Below are positions 1 to 11,229 of a stretch of 64,000 bases of DNA, one piece after another. Position numbers and translations under genes: made by a program. The stretch lies in the NCBI RefSeq assembly GCF_963921235.1, contig NC_086108.1, positions 16,678,001-16,742,000 of the forward strand, in the 5' to 3' direction. The notes beneath the pieces are model-generated. The model had not been told where the DNA came from. It made no database searches and saw only the letters and a program-made list of their open reading frames with translations. Each line of letters begins with the position of its first letter. Position 1 is the first letter of the stretch. This DNA is from Mobula hypostoma (Eukaryota).

Positions 1-140
1 AGCTTTCTGCTACCCATCAGTTTAATTCTCTATCCTTTGTCACATTGACTCTTCTGTATGTGACCTCCTGCATTGTTACAAGGAGACTCAACATAAACCT
101 GAAGAACAACTTATCTTCTATCTGCGCATATTGACCTAGA
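1..140 (+). mobile_element. Degenerate Penelope-like element, end of GIY-YIG endonuclease region
   Basis: Partial translation (FNS...LLHCYKETQHKPEEQ-LIFYL) resembles the PLE C-terminal HFNS...LLHC...KLEEQHLIFRL motif; heavily decayed. Confidence 0.45.
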
Positions 141-329
141 ACTCCCCATGACAAAATGCCTCAAAATGTATGTATAATTTAATGAACAACCCTAATCTAG
201 ATAAGTCACTTATTATATGATAATGAAGCCAGCTTGTCTTCATGTGGGATGCGGGCTAGGGTTTATTCAAACTAATGACCTCATCCATCCAACCAACAGG
301 AGCCATGTGAATCACATCTAGATAGTATT

Positions 330-1560
330 CAAATCAACCATAATTAGCACGCTCATGAAGACTTGTGGCTTCTCCAGCAAAATACACATTTTATTTGTTC
401 AATATGTTTGATGACTGCAATGAGAAGATTCAGGAACTAATGAATAAAAAATGCAATGCATTCTTGGACTATAAAAGGAAAATTTGAACAGGCTGGAGTT
501 CAACAGAGAACTGTAACTTTAAGCATAGATAACAAGTAGAAACAGCACAGGAGGTGCAGTAACTTGTACCATGACATGCAGTGTGCCTTCAGCAATGTCA
601 AGGCCCAAATATTCAAGGACTCACTCCAATGACAGCTAAGAACAAAAGTAAACTTATCAAGCACAGAGACGCAGTTAGTGCTTGCAGGAGGAACAACTCA
701 AACAACTCCTCATGAGTGTTCTTGATACATTTCCATCATTTGACTGGTAAGAGACTGAAAATACCAGATGCCAAACAGGCCCTCAAGAGCAGCTGAAGTT
801 CTAATACTTGGCAGAGAGAAAGTTCCATCACAAATTCACAATCATAATTCCCATGTTTGGGAAGAGGAGAACATACGAGTGGATTTCAATAAATCTACAA
901 TCATGACCATTTTCAACAAAGGAGAGAAGTCCAACAGTGTTGATTACAGAGGAACTCTGTTATCTGCCACAGGGAAAGTTTCACCAAGGTCTTCAACAGC
1001 TGTCTCCTTCCAGTGGCTCAAAGCTGCTCTCCATATTACAATGTGGGTTCTATCCCTCTAGAGACCCAACAAACGTGATTTTCAACATGTGTCAAATCCA
1101 AGAATAATGCATCAGCCACTACATATAGCTTTGGCCTCACAAGAGATTTAACTTCAGTTATCAAGTGGGATTGCAGAGCTTCATTCTCAAATTTGCCTAT
1201 CTGTAGAAATTCACCTCCATCTTACGTATACTTGCCATGATCGTAACCAGATTCTCGGTATTCCCAATCTCAGTGCAGATTGGCATCAAGCAAGGCTGTG
1301 TCACTACGCAAGATGTTTCTCAATTTTCCTAGCCACCTGCAGAGAGCTTCCCACTGGAGAGGAGCTAATCTACATGACCAACCAATATCAACTCTACACA
1401 AGTAACAAGTTCATGTCAACTTCAGCCATTGAGCTTGAGTTGTGCTCTTTAGGATGCTGACTTTCAAGCCATTGTTGATTCATTTACTGAAGCAAATGAG
1501 GGACTGGAGCATACACATAATATTTGTAAAGCTAGGCTCATTAATCCTGAAGGACTGCCT
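330..1560 (+). mobile_element. Old RTE-clade LINE remnant
   Basis: ORF 768-1061 contains WEEENI...IMTIFNKGEKSNSVDYRGT-LLSATGK, like the RTE/BovB WEEE..P.D...TIFKKGDKSDCGNYRGISLLS motif; GIKQGCV-like segment near 1283. Ends approximate. Confidence 0.55.
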
Positions 1561-2339
1561 AATAAGGAAAAAAATATGCATAAAGTGCATAAAGAATGGA
1601 TTGGGATCAGCTGTGATTACCAATAGTCAAAGTCAATGTCTCCTATGGACAATATTTATCTGGGTTGACACAAGACAAATAAACTGAATTCCAACAATGT
1701 CAATGCTTCACAGAGGAGCTGACAAAAACTGAAAGAGAAACAATAAAAATGACAGATTTTTAGTAATTCTATTCAACAAATGCTCATTTCAGTGGGTAAA
1801 TACCATTACTTGAACACATTACCAGGACAGTTTTTTGGTTTAGACATTTGATCTTCTCCTATGTGACATTACTGGCTAAATACAGCTGTGAGAAACATTC
1901 ATCAGCTTTTATCATTTCTGTGCTGCTTTATCAAGATAGTGTAATTACTGTTCTGTCAATCATCTACAAATGTGCAGTGTTACACTATTTCAAGTTTGGC
2001 AACCAAACATATGCCACAGTGGCTCTTCAGAAAACCAGTTACAAAAAGTAATTACACAATTGGTTTATATTCCATCAATACAACTCTTTTCCCCAGAGCA
2101 TATGCAAGAATATTCCTCTGTAAATATTTATGAACTATCGATATTTCCAGTTATTACTTAAATGGACATACCTTCAATTGCTAGCCAGAAGCAATGCAAT
2201 GTCTGAGTCTTACATACCCTGCTAGATTAATATTGGAGATGCCAACCCTCCCAGACTGTCTCCAGAAATTAAAGATGAACAGCATGGACACAGCTTTGAA
2301 CAAATGAAATGGAGTATTTTAATACAGTTCTAAAAGTAT

Positions 2340-2613
2340 TCGGTGCTGTGGTGGCTTGATGCTATTACAGCTCAGGACATTTGGAATTCAATTCAGGTGC
2401 TGTTCTGTAAGGAGTCTCTGTATGTTATCTCAGCAGAATGTGTGGGTTTCCTCCCTCAGTCCAAAGACGTACAGGGTAGCTTAACTGGTTATCGCAAGTT
2501 ATCATGTGATTAGGTTTGGGTTAATCTGGTCTGTCGGAGGTTGCTGGGGCAGCGTGGCTTGAAGGGCAGGAAGGGCCTATTCTGTGCTGTATTGCTAAAT
2601 AAAATAAATAAAT
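2340..2613 (+). mobile_element. V-SINE (HE1-like)
   Basis: V-domain-like gggtttcctccctcagtccaaagac core, CR1-like 3' tail gggcctattctgtgctgta and (taaa)n end. Confidence 0.65.
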
Positions 2614-2669
2614 ATTGGAAGGGGGAAGAAAGACTGCTTCATTAAGATGATCACATCAAGATACAGAAT

Positions 2670-3453
2670 CAAAACATCAGAGAACATTAATAGCACAGAA
2701 ATAGGCCCTTTGGCCCATTTAGTCCATGCCCATCTATTAATCTTGATCTGTGCTATTGATCTGAACGAAGACCACAGCCCTCCATACACTGCACATCCAT
2801 GTACTTATCCAAAGTTCTCTACAATATTGAAATCGAACCTGCATCCACCACTTTCACTAGCAGCTCATTCCACACCCTCACCACCCTCTGAGTGAGATTC
2901 CCATCATATTCTTTTAAACATTTCACCGTTCATCCTTAACCCATGACCTGTATTTGTAGTCTTTTTTAACCTCAGTGGAAAAAGCCTGCTTGCATTTACC
3001 CTATCCGTACTATGTATACCTCTATCAAATCTCCCCTGATTCTCTTATGCTTCAGGGAATAAAGTGCTAACCTATTCGACCTTACCCTATAACCCTGGTT
3101 CTTAAATCCTGGCAACATCCTTGTATACTCTCTCTGCACTCTTTCAACCTTATTGATATCTTTTCTGTAAGAAAGTGACCAGAATTGCACACAACACTAC
3201 AAATTAGGCCTTACCAACATCTTAAGCAATTTCAACATAACATCCCAACTCCTGTACTCAATACTTCAATCTATGAAGGCCAGTGTGCCAAAAACTCTTT
3301 TGACAACCCTATCTACCTGTAACACCACTATCTAGTAATTATGGATCTGTATTTCTAGATCCCTTTGTTCTACTGCGCTCATTGGTGTTCAACTATTCGT
3401 CATGTATGTCCTACCATGGTTTGTCATCCCAAAGTGTAACACATCATACTTAT
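2670..3453 (-). mobile_element. CR1 LINE 3' fragment
   Basis: Minus ORF 2996-3190 QFWS..YRKDINKVERVQREYTRMLPG..RGDLIEVY is the CR1 ORF2 C-terminus; 3'UTR near 2690. Confidence 0.85.
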
Positions 3454-3460
3454 CAAGAGG

Positions 3461-4295
3461 TGTGACAACAAACCAAGTTATCAGAAGATTGATGCTGATG
3501 AGAGAGATAAGGGAGACAATGGAGAAACATTCAAAATGCTAATAAGAGAGAACAGAGAGTTTAACGAGAAAGAAACACATTTCAGAGTATTGACGGACCG
3601 GTTGCTTTGAACCTGAACTGTCTGAAGTTTGATGGACAGGCGATACCCCACCAGGGGGATAAAAAGAACAGATTCGCTAAGGCACGACACACACCACGAG
3701 ATCACGAGATAACGAGACCCTGGAAGAGCAGTGTGCCCCACAAGTTGGTGGGAGTTGGAGGTCTGGTTCGAGGGAACCGACCATAGACTGACAGGGTGAA
3801 AAGGTACGATCGGCGGGAACCTGGTGTGTGTGTCCGCCCTTGCCTGGGTGCCGGGTTCACTGCAGAAGAACAGTTGTATCCAGAACGGAGGGGTCACAGT
3901 CGGTGACCACAGAAGACATAAAAAAGGGTCCGCCCGAAAGCCAACTGCAAAGAACATCAAAGGTCTGCTGAATCAGATTTGCATATCTCTCTCTCTCTCC
4001 CTCCAACGGCACAACAGCGATTACTGCAAACTGCACTCAGCTGAACTGAACTCTACATCACTTGAGACTGATCATTTTACCCCTAGAGTGCGATAGAGCT
4101 TGATTGATTCCTATTCCCCTAGTTCTGTGCACATGTGTATTTTATCATTGCTAAACTGTTGCATTTATATCCGTACGATTAGAGTACTGTGTTACTTATT
4201 TCTTTAATAAAACTTTATTAGCTTCCAGTAATCCAGACTCCAACTAAGTGGTCCATTTCTGCTGGTTTGGCAACCCAGTTACGAGGTACATAACA
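3461..4295 (+). mobile_element. Solo LTR, 835 bp
   Basis: TGTGAC...ATAACA termini, 4-bp TSD GAGG (3457-3460, 4296-4299), AATAAA at ~4206, no internal coding sequence. Confidence 0.75.
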
Positions 4296-4384
4296 GAGGC
4301 TACCAAGGTTTTTTCAGATATATAAAGAGTTAAAGAGAGGCAAGAACGGATATTGAAATGCTGGAAAATGACGCTGGAAGGGTA

Positions 4385-4912
4385 CAGTGCCGGTAAAAAG
4401 TATTCACCCCCACTTGGAAGTTTTCATGTTTTTTTTGTTTTATAACATTGAATCACAGTGGATTTAACTTGTTCTTTTTAATACTGATCAACAGATCTTT
4501 TGCGTCAAAGTGAAAATAGATTTCTATAAAGTGATCTCAATTAATTACAAGTATACAACACAAAATAATTGTTTGTAGAAGTATTCACCCTCTTTAATAA
4601 GACAAACCAAATCATCAATGGTACAACTAATTGGTTTTAGAAGTCACATAATTAGTCAATTGGAAATCTGGTTTTGGAGACCCCTTATGCAGTCAAAGTA
4701 ACTCAATTGATTGTAGTATCTGTACACCTGTATCTGGAAGGCCCAACTGCTGATGAGTCAGTATTCTGACAAAAACTGCACCATGAGAACACTCCAAGCA
4801 ACTCCGCGAAATGGTTATTGAAAAGCACAAGTCAGGAGATGGATACAAGAAAATTTCCAAGTCACTGAATATCCCTTGGAGTATAGATAAGTTAATCATC
4901 AAGAAATGGCAA
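4385..4912 (+). mobile_element. Tc1-like transposon, left end plus transposase N-terminus (truncated)
   Basis: TA|CAGTGCC...AAAGTATTCACCC TIR start with inner DR aagtattcaccc at ~4579; EHSKQLREMVIEKHKSGDGYKKISKSLNIPWS...IIKKW HTH segment at ~4786-4910. Confidence 0.8.
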
Positions 4913-4929
4913 GTTCCTCCTGCATTTTG

Positions 4930-5782
4930 CATGAGTCTGTAGAAAGACTTGGACAGATTGGGGGAATGGGCGAAGATGTGGTAGATGGAATATACTGTAG
5001 CAAAGTGTGCGATCATGAACTTTGGTAGAAGAAATAAAGGTGTGGACAATTTTCTAAACGGGTAGAAAATTCAAAAGGGGAGTTGCAAAAAGGGACTTGG
5101 GAGTCCCTGTGTAGGATTCCCTGATGGGTAATTTGCAGATTGAGTCAGTGGTAAGGAAGGCAAATGGAATGTTAGTATTCATTTCAAGATGATTAGAATA
5201 TCAGAGCAACAATGAATGCCGAGGCTTTATAAGGTGTTGGTCAGACTGTACTCAGAGTACTGTGAACAGTTTTGAGCCTCTTATCTAAGAAAGGATGTGC
5301 TGGCATTGGCGAGGAGGTTCACAAGAATGATTCTAGGAATGAAAGAGTTAATGTACGAGGAGCATTTGATAACTCTGGGCCTGTATTTATTGGAGTTTAG
5401 AAGAATGGTGGGTGGATCTCATAGAAACCTATCAAATAATGAAAGGGTGATACAGTGTGGATGTGAAGAAGATGTTTCCCATCATGGGTGAGTCCAGGAA
5501 TAGAGAGCATAGCGTCAGGCTGGAAGGACATCCACTTAGAACAGACATGAGAAGGAATTTCTTTAGCCGGAGGGTGACGAATCTTTGGAATTTATTGCCA
5601 CGGACTGTTGTGGAGGCCATGTATATTTAAAGCAGAGATTGATAGGTTCTTGGTTAGTCAGAGCATTAAAGGTTATGGGGAGAAGGCAGGAGAATGGGAT
5701 AATAAATCAGCCATGATGGAATGGTGGAGTAGACTTGATGGGCCAAGTGGCCTAATTCTGCTTCTATGTCTTCTGGTCTTAT
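4930..5782 (+). mobile_element. CR1 LINE 3' fragment
   Basis: RRFTRMILGMKELMYEEHL..LGLYLLEFRRM motif; 3' end ggcctaattctgcttctatgtcttctggtcttatggt. Confidence 0.85.
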
Positions 5783-8170
5783 GGTGTGCATTAAATTCCA
5801 TACGTCATTTTTCAGCACATTTTTCCAGCTGGTCCAGATTCCGCTACAAGCTTTGATAGTTTTTCTTGATGTCCACTATACCCCCAACCTTGTGGCATCT
5901 GCATATTTGCTAATCTCATTTACTACGTTATCACAGTTGATATAAATGACAAGGTACAGGAGGAAGCTTGAGTGGAAACTCCAGCAGAACAACATGAGAG
6001 AGGTCTGGAGGGGGATGAGGACTATCACTGGGTTCCGGCAAACTAGCAAGAGGAGCTGAAGGCAGTGTGGACAGGGCCAATGAAGTTAACCTGTTCTTTA
6101 ACAGATTTGACATTGTGGCCCCTGCCCATCCCCCACATGAGCCATCTGTTGTCAGCCCCCAACCAACACATATTCCACTCTCCCCTCCTACCCCTCTTCA
6201 CAGTGCCCCACCCTGCTCTCATGACTATACCCCTTCCCCACATGAAACCACCACGGTGGGCTTCACAGCTGAAACGTCTCAACCCAAGCAAGGCTGCAGG
6301 ACCAGATGGTGTCAGTACCAGGGTGCTCAAAGCCTGTGCCCCTCAGCTATGTGGAGTACTTCGCCATGTACTCAACCTGAGCCTGAGGCTCCAGAGGGTT
6401 CCTGTACTGTGGAAGACGTCCTGCCTCGTCCGTGTCGAAGACGCCGTGCCGCAGCGGCCTCAATGATTACAGACCGGTGGTATTGACCTCCCACATCATG
6501 AAGACCCTGGAGAGACTTGCTCTGGAGCTGCTCCAGCCTATGGTCAGGCCACACTTAGATCCCATCCAGTTCACCTACCAGCCCCGACTAGGAGTTGAGG
6601 ATGCCATCGTCTATCTGCTGAACCGTGTCTACGCCCACCTGGACAAGCCAGCAACCACTGTGAGGGTCATGTTTTTTGACTTCTCCAGTGCATTCAACAC
6701 CATCCGCCCTGCCCTGCTGGGGGAGAAGCTGACAGCAATGCAGGTGGATGCTTCCCTGGTATCATGGATTCTTGATTATCTGACTGGCAGACCACAGTAC
6801 GTGTGCTTGCAACACTGTGTGTCCAACAGAGTGATCAGCAGCACTGGGGCTCCACAGGGGACTGTCTTGTCTCCCTTTCTCTTCGCCATTTACACTTCGG
6901 ACTTCAACTACCTCACAGAGTCTTGTCATCTTCAGAAGTTTTCGGATGACTCTGCCATAGTTGGATGCATCAACAAGGGAGATGAGGCTGAGTACAGGGC
7001 TAAGGTAGGAAACTTTGTCACATGGTGTGAGCAGAATTATCTGCAGCTTAATGTGAAAAAGACTAAGGAGCTGGTGGTAGACCTGAGGACAGCTAAAGTA
7101 CTGCTGACCCCTGTTTCCATCCAGGGTGTCAGTGTGGACATGGTGGAGGATTACAAATACCTGAGGATACGAATTGACGATAAACTGGACTGATCAAAGA
7201 ACACTGAGGCTGTCTACAAGAAGGGTCAGAGCCGTCTCTATTTCCTGATGAGACTGAGGTCCTTTCACATCTGCCGGACGATGTTGAGGATGTTCTACGA
7301 GTCTGTGGTGTCCAGTGCTATCATGTTTACTGTCGTGTGCTGGAGCAGCAGGCTGAGGGTAGCAGACTCCAACAGAATCAACAAACTCATTCGTAAGGCC
7401 AGTGATGTTGTGGGGATGGAACTGGACTCTCTCACGGTGGTGTCTGAAAAGAGGATGTTGTCTAAGTTGCATGCCATCTTGGTCAATGTCTCCCATCCAC
7501 TACATAATGTGGGCACAGGAGTACATTCAGCTAGACACTCATTTCACCGAGATGCAGCACAGAGTGTCATAGGAAGTCATTCCTGCCTGTGGCCATCAAA
7601 CTTTCCAACTCCTCCCTTGGAGGGTCAAACACCCTGAGCCAATAGGCTGGTCTTGGACTTATTTCATAATTTACTGGCATAATTTACATATTACTATTTA
7701 ACTATTTATGGTTCTATTACTATTTATCATTTATGGTGCAATTGTAATGAAAAACAATTTCCCCCGGGATCAATAAAGTATGACTATGACTATGAATAAA
7801 TAACAATGGACCGAATACTGATCCCTGCAGCACACCACTAGTCAAAGACGCAACCATATATTACTACTGTCTGGCTTCTTGCATGAAGCCAATATCTAAT
7901 CCAAGTTACTACCTCATCCTCTCATCCTGAATGTCAAGTGACTGAATCTCCTTGAACAAGCTCCCATGCGGGACCTTGTCGAAGTCCTTGCTGAAGTCCA
8001 TGTAAACACTAAACTGTCTTGCATTCATCAACTTTTCTGGAAACTTCTTTGAAAAATTCTCTAAAATTGGTTAGACAGGACCTACCATGCACAAAGCCAT
8101 GTTGACCATCTCCAATCAGTCCCTGTTCTTCCAAATACTCATATATCCTGTCCATTAGAGTACCACCTAA
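5783..8170 (-). mobile_element. CR1 internal RT fragment split by the Rex1 insertion
   Basis: Reverse complements of CR1 RT segments at 5783-5952 and 7796-8170 join across the Rex1 TSD. Confidence 0.7.
5953..7795 (+). mobile_element. Rex1/Babar-clade LINE, 5'-truncated, RT disrupted
   Basis: [42 protein letters not shown] motifs; frameshifts near 6265 and 6432 and an in-frame TGA at 7191; AATAAA plus (TATGAC)n tail; TSD ataaatgacaa 5942-5952 / ataaataacaa 7796-7806. Confidence 0.9.
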
Positions 8171-9056
8171 TCTCTAGGAATATGCTCAACCTGTGCAGCC
8201 AAATTTATTTAAGCTTTGTTTGAACTGAGATCTTGACAGAGGTGTCAGAAATTATTAAGCTATTTACAGAATGAATGAAAACCTAATGCTTTCATGAACT
8301 GGTAACAAACACAGAGACCACATCAACATTCAAAAATGCATATGTGACTGAAGGAAAGTTGACAGAGTGACACAAGTACAAAACAGGCACAAGGGTGTAA
8401 AATTAAAATTTGCATAGAGGATGAACACCGACATCACAACTTGGTGTAAACCATAAGACACAATTATTACACCACTAGCATAGACAAATACTGTTAGCAA
8501 TTGTTATAAGTCTAACAATGGGCAACATCGTAACTAAATTTGGTCTTCATTTAAGTACATGTTTTTGATTATTAAATTGAAGTGGAAATCCTGTTGTTAG
8601 GAATAGAGGAATAATAACTGAAAACTTATTGAGATAATATATCAAAATCTTACATATACAGAGATCAAGAATTACACCAGGTGATATACTTTTGAACCAG
8701 GTCATAATATCACATTTGCAGTACCGAATTTACTGTGCACATGACAATTAATACTCTGTCCACTTAAAGTTTATTTCACTAAATACCATGTGCAAAGTAA
8801 TTATTGAATCCATCCAGTTCAAATGATGACTGTTAGACAAGCACTGCAGAATACTTCATGGAAATGTGTTTGACCCATGCAAGTTAAACATAATTATTTC
8901 AGGACACAAGTTCCAATTTCCCGAAGGATGAAGAAATAATGGTAACACACTTGCAGAGAGAAAAGGGGCGAAGTGAGTGGCAGTGAGAAAAGTGGGCAGA
9001 AGGAGAAAAGGGAGAAGGTTTGATTGAAGGAGTAAATGGATGAGGGAATAATGATA

Positions 9057-9511
9057 CGAGGGGTGATTGATAAGTTTGTGGCCTAAGGTAGGAGTCAATT
9101 TTAGAAAACCTAGCACACTTATTTTTCAACATAGTCCCCTCCTACATGTACACACTTAGTCCAGCATTTGTGGAGCATACGGATCCCTTCTTTGTAGAAG
9201 TGGTCCACAGCAGGGGTGATTGATAAGTTCATGGCCTAAGGTAGAAGGTGATGAGTTATTAACTTCAAACTTTCTGCATTATTACTCAAAGAGTTGAATT
9301 GCACGTGCATGTAACGAGAGCGTCTTGGACCTCCAGGTGGTCCACAGCAGGGGTGATTGATAAGTTCGTGGCCTACAGTAGAAGGAGGTAAGTTAGACAG
9401 CTCTCGTTACATGCACATGCAGTTCAACTCTTTGAGTGAAAATGCAGAAGGTTTGAAGTTAATAACTCATCTCCCTTTACCTTAGGCCACAAACTTATCA
9501 ATCACCCCTCG
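9057..9511. mobile_element. Mariner-type MITE with repeated internal TIR modules
   Basis: TA|CGAGGGGTGATTGATAAGTTTGTGGCCTAAGG ... CCTTAGGCCACAAACTTATCAATCACCCCTCG|TA perfect TIRs; second copy at 47661-48061. Confidence 0.88.
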
Positions 9512-9718
9512 TAAATGGATGAGGGAGCAACAGGAAACAGGGAGGGCAGTGGTAAACTCGCCACAGACACGTACAGTGGAAAATGGGGAGATGAAAGTGT
9601 GAAAGGGATGGGTACCAAATGGAGGGAGTTGCAGCATGGGGCAGTGGGAGAATCAGTGTGGCGCAGAAGGGGTAAGAGGTATGGAGATTGGGCAGGAGGA
9701 GTAAATGAAAGGAGGTGC

Positions 9719-9913
9719 TGTGGCGACCCACTTTCTGACACCCACGAACCGGCTCACGAAACAGCGCGCGCAGGCAGAGGGCGGGCAGCAAAAAGGGCGG
9801 GAACGGGAAGGCTTTAAAGTGGGCCGCGAAGTTTGAATAAACCTCTTTCATCGCAACTCCAACTCACCGACTCCGTGTGGTTATCCTAGCGCTGTGTGTA
9901 GCACATCGCTACA
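9719..9913 (+). repeat. Gypsy 5' LTR
   Basis: TGTGGCGA...TCGCTACA; AATAAA at 9836-9841; 4 mismatches in 195 bp versus the 3' LTR by manual comparison. Confidence 0.96.
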
Positions 9914-9915
9914 AT

Positions 9916-9929
9916 TGGTGACCCCGACG
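9916..9929 (+). promoter_or_regulatory. Primer-binding site complementary to tRNA-Trp 3' end
   Basis: TGGTGACCCCGACG 2 nt after the LTR; the first 14 nt of the known tRNA-Trp PBS TGGTGACCCCGACGTGAT. Confidence 0.9.
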
Positions 9930-9953
9930 GCCCAAACGATATTTGGACCAGAG

Positions 9954-11215
9954 ATGACCGACGCTGCATCTGTTCACGCAGTTTCGTTAGAACTGCCAGG
10001 CTTCTGGACGCTGCGACCCCATTTATGGTTCGAACAGGCAGAAGCACAATTCCACATTCGGCAGATAACCTCGGAGTCCACTCACTACTACTACGTGCTG
10101 AGCTGCCTCGACCAGGAGACTGCTGCACAAGTTGAGGAGTTTATACAGTCGCCCCCGGAGGACGGCAAATACACAGCATTCAAAACCCTGCTCATAAGGA
10201 CTTTCGGACTCTCACGGCGCGAACGAGCACGCCGCTTAATGCACCTGGATGGTTTGGGAGACAGGCCGCCATCAGCATTAATGAACGAGATGCTGGCCCT
10301 GGCTGAAGGACACAAACCCTGCCTCATGTTTGAGCAGGCGTTCCTAGAGCAACTGCCCGAGGACATATGCCTGCTGCTGTCCGACGCAGATTTCAGCAAA
10401 CCCCGGGGGGTGGCGGCCCGAGCAGGTGTGCTGTGGAATGCCAGGAAAGAGAGAGGGGCATCCGTCGCACAGATCACCAAGCCGCGTGCCCAACGACAGA
10501 CCAGACCGGGCCCGGCAGCAGAGCCTACAAAACCCGGCGACGGGAGTGAGGAGCCCAATGAACAATGGTGTTTCTACCACCAGCGGTGGGGCACGGAGGC
10601 CCGCCGCTGCAGACCGCCCTGCAAATTCCCGGGAAACGCCAAGGCCCAGCCGCTGCCGATCGCTACGGCGGCTGGCCATCAGGACAGCCTCCTGTACGTC
10701 TGGGACAAGCAGTCGAGACGCCGCTTTTTGGTCGACACTGGAGCGGAGATCAGCGTCTTACCTCCAACGAGTTACGACACCCGCAACAGAGAACCGGGAC
10801 CCACCCTGAGGGCCGCTAATGGCAGCACAATACGAACCGCACGGTGCGGCTACAGTTCAGCTCCAGCCGGTTCACGTGGGACTTCACACTGGCACGTGGC
10901 CCAACCACTGCTGGGGGCAGATTTTCTACGAGCCCACAGCCTGCTGGTCGACTTGCAAGGGAAGCGATTAGTCCACGCCAAGACTTTTCAAATGTTCTCC
11001 CTGGGTGAAGCACAGTTGCCAGCCCCACACCTGGACTCCATCACGCTGTCTGACGATGAATTCACCAGGGTCCTGGCGGATTTCCCATCAGTACTGACAC
11101 CGCAGTTCACGGCAGCCATGCCCAGACACGTAGTACAGCACCACATCCCGACCCAGGGACCACCCCCTCCACGCCCGTGCTCGAAGGCTTCCCCCGGACA
11201 AGCTCCGACTGGCGG
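9954..11215 (+). pseudogene. gag: Gypsy gag plus aspartic protease (internal frameshifts after ~10835)
   Basis: MTDAASVHAVSLELPGFW...WFEQAEAQF gag N-terminus; CFYHQRWGTEARRCRPPC zinc knuckle; FLVDTGAEIS protease active site; LLGADFL motif. Confidence 0.88.
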
Positions 11216-11229
11216 AGGAGTTCAAGAAG

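Noticed and set aside
2172..2200. Minus-strand FWLA followed by a donor-like G|GTATGT as a candidate next XPR1 exon
   Set aside because: It continues IEG rather than DQLNSL and upstream residues do not match; the next exon was not found in the window.
3481..4096. ORFs of 159 aa and 90 aa
   Set aside because: They lie inside the solo LTR and have no domain motifs.
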